Below the pieces are notes generated by a model that saw only the letters and a program-made list of their open reading frames with translations, was not told the DNA's origin and searched no databases. From Bugula neritina (lineage: Eukaryota; Animalia; Bryozoa), in NCBI GenBank assembly GCA_964035545.1, contig CAXIUT010000089.1, forward strand, positions 1-11,036: 11,036 nucleotides of DNA, written 5' to 3'. Made by a program: the position numbers and the translations under genes. Position 1 is the stretch's first letter. The number at the start of each line of letters is the position of its first letter. Shown here piece after piece: positions 1 through 9,168 of this stretch.

Positions 1-161
1 CCCAACCCAACCCACCCCAACCCCAACCCAACCCCAACCCCAACCCCAACCCAACCCCAACCCCAACCCCAACCCAACCCCAACCCCAACCCCAACCCCA
101 ACCCCAACCCCAACCCCAACCCCAACCCCAACCCCAACCCCAACCCCAACCCCAACCCCAA
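1..161 (+). repeat. Telomere, C-strand (CCCCAA)n, left end of a macronuclear chromosome
   Basis: Tandem CCCCAA from base 1. There are 14 perfect units at 78-161, with several CCCAA/CCCA short variants distally (1-77). C4A2 is the established Tetrahymena-type ciliate telomere repeat. Confidence 0.97.
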
Positions 162-286
162 CAATATTATATCCTTTGAGATATGATAGCAAAATAAATT
201 TGATAAGAATATTATTGAATAGAAATTTATTAAAATTAATCTCAATTTTGTTTCACTATTAATAAACTTGTATTATTATAGATTGT

Positions 287-991
287 ATGGACTTGCTCGA
301 ATAAATTCTTAGAAAACATCAAACTATCCCTACTAATATCTCCAAAGATATTCGAATAAAAAAATACAAAGCCTTCAAAAATAATCATCTATCAACACCT
401 AAACAATCTCAAACTCGATCTTAATCTTGTCCTCTAAAAAATCACAAAAAATAAGAACAACTATAAAACCTTATATCATCAATTAACAATGAATAAAGAG
501 AAAATATATCAATGAAAAAAAACAAATAAACAAAAATATTTAGTAAAAATAGTTTTATCTTTACAAATTTTGGTCGAAAAAGTGCTTTTCCCATTGAGTA
601 TAAATCCAAGAACGAAAAATGTAATTTTTCAATTACCATCTACCCTAAAGAAAATCATAACTATGAAAATCGTTCAACAGTTTTAGACAACTCTTCTAAA
701 GAACTAGTAAAAAAAAGTAAAGAATAGATCGAGATGAAAGGACTTCCTTTACAAGTAAATCGATTTGCTATCCTTAACAAAAGATCTCCCAAAAGAAAGC
801 AAATAGCAGAAGCAGCTCTTAGTCGTAAATTTTACACACCTTCTGAAATAATTATCCCTTAAATAATCAAAAATAATACAAAATCTTTATCACCCTTACC
901 TTATAAACAAAAAAATATCCAAAGGACAGAAGAAAAGATAGATATTTGTGGATGGGAAAGACCTTTGAGTCCTCATCCACTTTAATAGTGA
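287..991 (+). CDS. Hypothetical protein, 234 aa, Lys/Asn/Ser-rich (TAA/TAG read as sense)
   Basis: ATG at 287 stays open to TGA 989-991 when TAA/TAG are sense: MDLLEXILRKHQTIP...KIDICGWERPLSPHPLXX*. It is flanked by very AT-rich spacers. No domain recognised. Confidence 0.8.
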
Positions 992-1066
992 TAAATACTC
1001 TTCTTTACTTTCATAATAATTATTTATTCAAAATTTAATTTTTATTTCAATAAAAATCGATAATCA

Positions 1067-3046
1067 TCAGTAAATAGCTTTAAGAAGAACATCTTAATCT
1101 CCATTAATAGGTATTACCTCAATTTTCATTTCATTTGCAAGATGCAAAATTACTACTAGAATGCTTGAAGAAGAAAGATTGATATTTATCTAACTAAGTC
1201 GTATCTAGCGAAGTTAGAATACTTTTTCAGTCAATTTTTCTTTCACATCTCTAATATTTCTGATTGTATTGTTTGCAAATCTGTCTGAAGGTTGAAAATT
1301 CCATGATACTTGTGAAGAAGTTCCTATTTAAATAGGAGCTTAGTTATCAATTTAACAAGTACTCATTTCATTTTTTTGATGACTTTTTTATATTTCCATT
1401 TAAGGATATTATTAATTTTCAGGCCTTTAGATAGCTAGAAAACTATTCTGAATAGGTTTTATTGAAATTGATTTTACTTCTTATGGAAATATTCTTTTAA
1501 ATGGTTCACTAAATATACTATATTATACACATTTATTGGAAGCAAAAATTTATCTTGAACTTTTCTCTGTAATATTTCTTTACTGTCATATTTAGATCTT
1601 AAAACATTTTGCCTATTTTATTTTCTGTGATCTAAAAAATCGATAAAATCTTCATCAACTTATTTCTTTTTGATCTATTTTTTTCCTCTTTTTTCTCGAC
1701 GCTTTATTTTTCTTGACTGAAGTTTCATCCCCTTGAATTAAAGTTCCCAAGGAGTCATTTCTGAGTTATATTATGTTTCAGCACTGAGAAAAAAATGAGG
1801 ACCATATTTTTGAGAGAAGTAACTTTGAGTTTCATCTTCATCAATTGAATTAGTAGGAAGATCTTCTGAATATTGAGTGAATTCATTTTGATTCAAAGAG
1901 AAATTCAATTAGTTTTAATTTTGGGAAGATCCTTCTTCTATTTAAACTGGCTTCAGTTCTTCTACATTTTTGTACTAGTAGTTTATCTAATCAGTAAAAT
2001 CATCTACCAAATTCATACCTTAGAAAATTCCTTCTCTTGCATTTTACTTTTTGAAATGAGACATGTTAGCGAAGGAACTGCTGGTTTGTGCTATGAAGTT
2101 TAATTTCTTGAATTCTTATGAAATAAATCGAGGAATTTATGAAGAAGTATATGCTGTTTTTGTCGATTATTCTTCCTAAAATTCATTTGATTCAAAAGGA
2201 GAATCAATTATACTTTAACCCTTAAGATTATCTCCATTCTCTTAAACTTTCTAATTAAAAAAAGTAATTTGACCATTACTTCCAGTCTATTTGACAGATA
2301 AGTACTTAAAAAACATTCAGAAAAAGACTTTTCAAAGTGTCTGAATCAAAAGCCTGCAATTTTTTATTGAAAAGAGGATCAGCTGTAAAATTCATCAAAT
2401 TTTTTTTGATACTTATTTTTTATGGCTACTAGCAATTAATACTCCCTATTTAATATGAGGCCATTGCCTCATTCTAGCCTATACTACTTACATCCATCTG
2501 CAAAAGTGCTCCTCTTTGCTTTCTACTCCTTTCTTCAGGTTATTCAGAGTCAGTTTTATTTGAAACAACTCTTACTAAGCTATCAAACATTCGGTTGGTG
2601 CCCTGAAATACGTGTTCTACTCTTTTGTCATATATCCCCATTGAAGCAGACAAGAGTTCTGATGCAAATTTCCAAAAACGCATGTTTTGTCCTTCTCCTA
2701 ACTGAGGATCTGCAACTCTAACTGGAACCTCAAAAGCATTTCCTGGATTTATTTTCTACTTTAAAATAACATTTACCCCTTTGCGCGCTAATTCTAAAAT
2801 GCTTTGTATACGCTTTTCTTCATCAGGACTTATTCTTAGTCTGTCACTTTCTTAAGTAATTATGTCTTCATAATTTTAGAGTTCATGCCAGATTTCTTGG
2901 GAGTTGATAGTTCTTTGGGAATTACCTGAGAAGATGGAGGCTTGTGAAGAAGTGATGGTTTGTTATGAGCTAGTGACAAGACCATTAAGAGAGCTGAGTC
3001 GAGGACGAGAGCGAGTGTGGGTAATATTTGTTTTTCGTCTACTCAT
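1067..3046 (-). CDS. NCAPH: Condensin I kleisin subunit (CAP-H / Barren / Brn1 / Cnd2 family), ~639 aa after removing 3 tiny introns
   Basis: Hand translation gives family motifs in the expected order: LARKG-KINPGNAF, FWKFASELLSASMGIYDKRVEHV (cf. NFxxASxTLDAxxKIYxxRVD), ADPLFNKKLQAFDSDTLKSLFLN (cf. VDPLFxKxxAxFDE..LLLN), KFLLP, and C-terminal ILVVILHLANEMKI (cf. FICLLHLANE). ATG at 3046-3044, TGA at 1069-1067, immediately followed by a second TGA. Confidence 0.92.
1509..1528 (-). other. 20-nt spliceosomal intron in CAP-H gene
   Basis: GTATAATATAGTATATTTAG on the minus strand. Removal restores the frame leading to the LHLANE C-terminus. Confidence 0.85.
2287..2305 (-). other. 19-nt spliceosomal intron in CAP-H gene
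   Basis: GTACTTATCTGTCAAATAG on the minus strand. Without splicing the frame hits TGA at 2206-2204; with splicing it reads LFLNVFX-TGSNGQITF and stays open to the next intron. Confidence 0.85.
2756..2776 (-). other. Probable 21-nt in-frame intron in CAP-H gene
   Basis: GTAAATGTTATTTTAAAGTAG. Removal joins LARKG to KINPGNAF, matching the kleisin L-x-x-x-N-K-I-x-x-x-N-A-F spacing. It is frame-neutral, so the ORF does not force it. Confidence 0.65.
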
Positions 3047-3203
3047 TACTATTTGAATTATAAATGTGCAAGTTAACTTTAAAGATTGCCTCCATTTTTA
3101 CTTCAATAATTAACTTTCATCAAAAATTAATCACTAATCAATGGATAATTATCTTTTTAGATCTGAATTATTTGATTCAAGTTATTTAGTTATATAATAT
3201 ATA
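3047..3203. promoter_or_regulatory. 157-bp divergent intergenic region (probable bidirectional promoter)
   Basis: AT-rich spacer between head-to-head ATGs at 3046 (minus) and 3204 (plus). Function inferred from position only. Confidence 0.5.
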
Positions 3204-4897
3204 ATGAACAAAAGCTAAATTTCCAACGATTTTAACTTTCAATTCTAACTCGATATTTCTAATACTCAAAACAAAGATAAAACTGAACATTTTTTCTCAA
3301 AAGAAGGATTCCAGCTTGAAGACTTCATGAACATTGGAGATAGAACAAATAAAAGTGATAAATTCGAATCTAAAATCCATCAAAACACATCTTAAATATC
3401 TAAAAAGTAACCTTAAGATCAACTACCATCAGTTTTCATTGATGAACTATCTTCTCATTCAGTAATAAGAAAAAATACGAGAGATTAACTCATTGTTTCT
3501 TCATCTCACATGTCTCAGAATGCAAGCGGTTCCATCACATCTCCAAAATTTGCATAAGCCACTGCTAAGAGTATTTCATTGCCTCCAAGTAAACAGTAAT
3601 TTACTTTAAGAAGAGTTAATGAACAGAAAAATGATGAAATTATCAGAAAAGAATAACATAAAAAGAGTGCTTTTATCAAAAAGGATCACCATTTTGATCC
3701 TCTTCTAAGTTAATATCACAGTATTTAAAGTCAAATTAAATTTTATGAAGAGCAAACTCAAAAAATAATTTATTAAAACTCCAAAATGGAAGACTAAACT
3801 TAAAATTTAATGATGAGTTTCAACAGCGTAAGTTATTAATCATAATTGGATCATTATGCAAAGGAAATCAAAGATATTAATAGACAAATAGAACAAGAAA
3901 GACAACTATAAAAGCAACTAAATAAAATGGTATCACAATTAGAAGAAGAATATCATGGAACAGTTAATTCAATAAAAACTATGGATTTTCCTCGATCAGC
4001 TATTGTTTTTAAAGATGAAGCTAAGGCTTTAATAGATGATATTAATAGTTTAAAAGTTTAATTCTAAGCTTTAGAAAGAGACGATGGATCATTAAATCTT
4101 AGTTCAACTCTATTCGTTGTTCCATCTCACTCAATAGGATATCCAAGTGTTTCTATTCCACATAAACAATAGGAGTAACCTAGTCATAATATGATCAAAT
4201 AAATTTTTGAATAAAATAAGGTTAGTTAAGATCCTCGTTTTTTAACTAACCTTAAAATGGCTTGTTTACGTTCATAATGGGGATTGTTTTCAAACTCAGA
4301 GCTTCAGGTAAGTGTAAGTTATCGTGAATCTCCAAGGATAGTAGTAAGAGTGGGAAACAAAGTTCCCAAAGACCTAGATAAGGTATCTTTAAGACAAAAT
4401 GGAATATCTAAGTTCTAGGGGTAGGTAATAGGAGCTAAAAGTTACTATACTCATAATATTGATGTGAATCAAGATATTGTAAACGATCTTTTTGTTAAAC
4501 TGGAGTTAAGCTATACGATGTACTTTTCAATTGATTTAGATTGTAGTAGAAAAAAATGATAACTTTGTTTATACCAGCTGGTATGACTACATTTGGCGAG
4601 TTTTCTCCAATAACACAGAAAGAATTCGAAGCTGATTCAAAGGATGATTAGTTTATTTATAGTGGAGGGTATCGTCCAATAGATAAAAAACTTATATCTA
4701 GCATATCTTAAATAGCTGTATATCAACCAAATGTGATGATAAATCATGATAAATAGGTATGTTTTGGTCTTTTTATTCTTCCTCTAGGAGATTGTTAATT
4801 TGTTGTGTTTCGACAGCGCGGAGAAATGCTATCAATAGCAACTAAAGAATAAAATTGGCCTCTTGTTAGAATTCTAGAATTCATTTATACTGTTTGA
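3204..4897 (+). CDS. 557 aa protein: low-complexity N-terminus, coiled coil, C-terminal alpha-adaptin appendage (ear)-like domain
   Basis: Open from ATG 3204 to TGA 4895-4897 after one 20-nt intron. C-terminal LKMACLRSXWGLFSNSELQVSVSY..IVVRVGNK...LELSY...ITLFIPAGMTTFGEFSPITQKEF resembles the AP-2 alpha ear (GVLFEN..LQIG..FYGNK..LKLP..KF.P...DF). The CDS is solid; the domain call is moderate. Confidence 0.8.
4520..4539 (+). other. 20-nt spliceosomal intron
   Basis: GTACTTTTCAATTGATTTAG. The unspliced frame stops at 4557-4559; the spliced frame continues ~119 codons through the ear-like platform region. Confidence 0.85.
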
Positions 4898-4920
4898 TTT
4901 AATCATTTTTGTTATTTATT

Positions 4921-5555
4921 CATTTTCTTACATAAAACTCAAAATTGAAGTCATCAGATATTGCCATCAATATTTACCTTTTCTAAAATATCTCAAAACA
5001 AGACCTATCTGTATATATTATCAAAATTTATGATATATTTATTGAACTTTCAACATTTTATCAATGGCTATTGTAAGATGAGACTAAGAGGAGATGAACA
5101 ATTATTGAAAAATCAAAAATATATATTTTTTAAAACTTTAAAGAGTGCATTCTGGCTTATCAAAATCTGTACTGTAAAATTGTAGATTGTCACAGATTTT
5201 TATTTCTAATAGAAAACTAAAAATTGAAACTGTATTTATTTTTATCTTGTAAGTAAAAGAAAAATGTATAGGATAATTCTTGATTATAATTTGTCTTTTA
5301 TTCAGTCTAATTACCAATTCTAGACTTTATATAATAATGTTAATATTGATTTAGTATTGTTTTAATAGCTTATAGAATATTTAATATGATATTCTTTCCA
5401 GAACTGTTATTACTGACAATCCGCTAAACTAAATATCAAACAATAACAAAGTAATCGATGAAAGAATACATTCTCCTTCTCTAAATTCAAGAACGATATC
5501 CCTATTTCATAAAAAATAGTTTTTTCAAACTGATATTAAACAAAGCTTATCCTGA
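4921..5555 (+). pseudogene. Possible decayed gene or short uncertain CDS
   Basis: Frame 1 reads protein-like (FXNISKQDLSVYIIKIYDIFIELSTFYQWLLXDETKRR*TIIEKSK...) but has no ATG and an internal TGA at 5095-5097. It can be joined through candidate introns 5253-5271 (19 nt) and 5354-5375 (22 nt) to TGA 5553-5555. Alternative: an 89 aa ORF from ATG 5264. Confidence 0.3.
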
Positions 5556-5698
5556 AGAATTTTTCATTATTTTAGTGCCCAAATACATCTTTAAAGAAAG
5601 TTCTGTACTTCCTAAGGTTTAAGTTTTAAAAAATCAATAAGTCATTGAAAAATAAAAAAAACATATGAGCAAAAAAATCATTTAAGAGTGAACTGGCT

Positions 5699-6103
5699 TC
5701 AGTTGGGGACTTGCTTGAAATCCTCACCGTCAGTTGAGTTTGAAAATTTAGTTTGGGCCTAAATATCTTTATTAGCCTGAGTCAATGTGGTGGAAGAAAG
5801 ATTGAGGATGAGATTTTTGTTTTTGAATTCAAAGCTGAAGTTTTTGTTATTTGAGTTCTTTTTGATGAAGAGAGTGCCCACTTTTTTGCGACTGTCATAG
5901 CACCAGACTTCTAGCTTGTCTATTTCTTCATGAGCTTCAACCAAAAAGGGAGAATCAGAGGAAAGAACATCTTTTGTAGATGAGACTGATTAGATCTATT
6001 CATCATGGTAGGCGATGACATAGAAGTTGGTCTGTGAGAATCCAGTCTTGATTTTCTTTAAATCTTTGATTTGTAGGAGAACCTTGTATTGGACTGTTGA
6101 CAT
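5699..6103 (-). CDS. Small 134 aa protein, possibly a divergent stand-alone C2-like beta-sandwich
   Basis: MSTVQYKVLLQIKDLKKIKTGFSQTNFYVIAYHDEXIXSVSS...KLEVWCYDSRKKVGTLFIK...DGEDFKQVPN*. Intronless, relatively rich in C-ending codons (TTC, ATC, AAC, CTC). It extends ORF-track entry 5759..5944 through TAA/TAG. LEVWCYD..KVGTLFI resembles C2 LEVWDxD...IGxxxI. Confidence 0.85.
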
Positions 6104-6627
6104 TTGCTTTTTAATTAATATAACATGTGAGATGAAATCTGGAATTTACAAGTGATACCTTCAGTAACAGTAAATCATTAATTTTACATAGTTTCATGAT
6201 TTTATTCCCTTATTGACCCATTATTACTCTAATTGAGCTTCATAATATTCTCTAATAATTGATTATTAAGGATTAATGATAAATACAAAAAGGAAATTTT
6301 TGATACCTTCTTCATCTAATATTATAAAATAATGCAATATCATTCTTATAACTTTGTTTTTAACCTTTTGTTTGACTATTGTAGGATAAATAACTAGTTT
6401 CTAACAGTTTTAATCTTTAATTCAAAAAAAAAAGGATTAAATATATCAATTAACATAAAGTAACTCATTTCTCATCCTGACAATTCTTTTAAAGAGATAA
6501 TTTCAAACAAAATAGTCCATATTCTATTAGTTTTAATCATTTAAATACTTTAAAACAATGATTTTTATTCTAGAATTTTAATAAAATCTAACAACAGCCT
6601 ATATAATTCATAACATAATATATTTAT

Positions 6628-7659
6628 ATGCTAAATACTCGATAAAAATACTCTCTCCAACCCCAAACAGCCAGCCGTTCTTAACTCATCAATAATATCT
6701 TCAAAGTCATCAGAAAAAAAAAAGCAGACCTTGTTCGATAGATCAGACATACAGAAAACAATGAATTATCCTTCCCCAATCTTAATGACAAATTTTACCA
6801 CCCTAAAGAGAAATATCATAAAGGAAGTAATAGTGAGAACGATGAATAATAAAAAGGATAAACATTTGCCCATACACCTGTCAACAAGTATCGTAATGCT
6901 TTCAGAAACCAATCTGTAAAATATGATAGCACTTCTTTAAAAACAAATGATCGAACAGGAAAATAACTATTTAAAATAGAAGTAGACAGAGATGAATATC
7001 AAATGAAAAGTAATCGCATTATGTCATAAGCGACTCAATTACCTCAAAAAATAATTTTTAAGACAGCATAAATTTAATCAAGTGATCTTCCCAAGAAAAT
7101 ATAAATTAATAATTTAAATAACTTACAAAATGCAAAAAAAATGTTCAAATAAAGTATCGTCAAAATACCAAAATCAATCAAAAATAGAAATTAAGCAAGT
7201 TTATTGTAAAATATTCGATTATTAGAATTTTTTAACCCTTTTTTCAATAGAAATAGTAGAATTATCAATGTTTGTCTGCTAAAAATAGGGCATATCATAG
7301 TTAAAAATGACTAACTACTGTATAAGTTGGGAGAATAAAGATCTTATTTTTATATTATCCTTTTGGGTAAGGTAAAGATGACAAATGGAGGTTTAAAAAA
7401 GATTTGTCAGACTGGATAGACTCTTTTATAGGAGATATTTTTCAATGGAAGAGATAAAAACATATCTTTAGAAAGAGCTAAATGTATAGGATAAACATAT
7501 TTGCTCCAAATTGGAATAGGATAATATAAACGTATGAAAGAACAAATGATAAAGCATCGGTTTAGAATAGAAATGCAGGAGATGTAGGTTTTAGTTAAAA
7601 GAAATTTCATAGTAAAGAATTGGCTTAGAAATAAAATAAAGAAATAATACTAAAATTGA
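6628..7659 (+). CDS. Cyclic-nucleotide-binding (cNMP/CAP_ED) domain protein, 343 aa
   Basis: Open ATG 6628 to TGA 7657-7659 with no intron needed. C-terminal LLYKLGEXRSYFYIILLGKVKM...ICQTGXTLLXEIFF...ERAKCIGXTYLLQI matches the cNMP-domain pattern (G..fYiI..G.V...G..FGE...A....ll.i). Confidence 0.88.
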
Positions 7660-7695
7660 TATTGAGTTTTTTATATTACTATTATTCTATAATAT

Positions 7696-7782
7696 GGGGT
7701 TGGGGTTGGGGTTGGGGTTGGGGTTGGGGTTGGGGTTGGGGTTGGGGTTGGGGTTGGGGTTGGGGTTGGGGTTGGGGTTGGG
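7696..7782 (+). repeat. Telomeric repeat, G-strand (GGGGTT)14 + GGG, internal to the window
   Basis: Perfect tandem GGGGTT, oriented as the right-hand telomere for 1-7695, starting 36 bp after the stop codon at 7659. Confidence 0.97.
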
Positions 7783-8299
7783 ACTGTCATTTTTTTATGT
7801 TCAACAACATTCTCTTTTACATGGTTTATATAGATTATTATTTGTTATTATAACTAATCAGATTTGACAAGCAGAGTTAGAGATAAAAAGAATAGTATTT
7901 GATGATAAAAAAATTACAGATTAGTGCCATCATGTAATAATTTCTCTGATATTGATCAACAATTAACCAAGATCAATTGTCAAAGATAAATAAATGCATT
8001 AGTATTAAGAAATTATAACCTTTTAAATCAATATTTTATTCATAACTGTAGAAATGTCAATATTTTAAATTTAGCATCATTTAAACAATAAATAGATTAA
8101 ATATTTCAAATGCCATATAAAAAAGGAACTACAGGAAAAAAAATCATTGCAAAGTAAACTATCAATTAAACATCAATACACAGAAAGGATGATCCGATTA
8201 GTTATAAAAATTAACTGCAAAATACCAGAGCATCTCAACTATCAAAACACGGATATCTTCAATTTTGGAGATTAGCTACAGAAAATATAACTGATCAAA

Positions 8300-8952
8300 G
8301 TAGGAAGAAGTATTTAAATATAAAGGTTAATTTATAAGTAACTTCAAATATTGTTTGTTAATCTATAAAAATTTGTTTTAAAGGTCTTTAATTGAATTCA
8401 ATTTTTTGTTTTGTTTTTTTGATAAGAAACTTGAGAAAGCAGCTTTTTATGGTATTTAGAAGACCCTAGAACTGTTCAATATCATCTATCTTATTAATAT
8501 TGGATCATTTTAGTTTCAATTTCTAGCTTCAACGAGATAACGAAACAGAACTTAAATGCATGCATCTATGGGCATCATCACAGTTCTTTTTCTTTTTTAC
8601 AATACTTATTACTTTTTTCGATTTCAGTTTCCTAAATGACTGGATAAAAACATGATATCTTTGTTGTAAAATCAGATTTTTAACTCCCAAACTTTATAGT
8701 ATGAGCATAAATACAATCCTTTTTGATTTTATTAGCAAATGAATCACTTGTTTTGGCAGTTTCTTTTTGCAACCCAGCAAAGAGATATTTGATGTTTATT
8801 ATACAACTAATTCAGAATTATATATTCTTCCTTCTCTATTACTTATTTATTGGTGGCAATGATGTTTATTCCTTTGATTTTTACCTTGATTCTGTCTTTT
8901 TTAATAATTATTATAAATCATCTAAAACTTCTTCTTTTATATTAGTTTATCC
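8300..8952 (-). pseudogene. Possible decayed coding sequence
   Basis: The minus frame reads TNIKEEVLDDLXXLLKKTESRXKSKEXTSLPPINK...F*ISCII...ETEIEKSNKYCKKEKEL** with TGA at 8955-8953, 8814-8812 and 8580-8575 and no ATG. A further protein-like stretch (NKIDDIEQFXGLLNTIKSCF) lies in another frame. The lower boundary is approximate. Confidence 0.3.
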
Positions 8953-9168
8953 TCAACAGTAATAAAAGCTACATTTTTTTAAAAAATAAACCGTCAAATT
9001 TACCTTATTTTCAGAGGATTAATTTTTTAAAATGAACTAATATAATATTTAAATGATTGGAATATTCTACAAAAGAACATTTTTATAAAGAGGTCAAAAT
9101 TAAAGTTAAAAATCTATTTAAGAACATGAAAACTTCATTAATATTATTTAACTTCCTGATTCAATTGA

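Noticed and set aside
1-161. CRISPR array or satellite
   Set aside because: Spacer-less hexamer repeat at a sequence end in a eukaryotic context: a telomere.
442-2721. ORF-track entries 442..639, 1873..2103 and 2455..2721
   Set aside because: They are antisense shadows of longer genes that appear once TAA/TAG are read as sense.
6276-6627. TGA-free plus frame starting at ATG ~6276
   Set aside because: Extremely AT-rich with no protein-like signal; long open frames arise easily by chance when only TGA is a stop.
6657-6667. CCAACCCCAAA as a telomerase RNA template or internal telomere seed
   Set aside because: It lies in frame within a CDS (LQPQT) and lacks the upstream UGUCA element of ciliate telomerase RNAs. 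Similar single units near 5702 and 10996 are also coding.
6731-7610. ORF-track entries 6731..6919 and 7407..7610
   Set aside because: Out-of-frame and antisense overlaps of the cNMP-domain gene 6628-7659.
7656-7853. ORF-track protein with WG/GW repeats (Argonaute-hook-like)
   Set aside because: It is simply the translation of the GGGGTT telomere tract.
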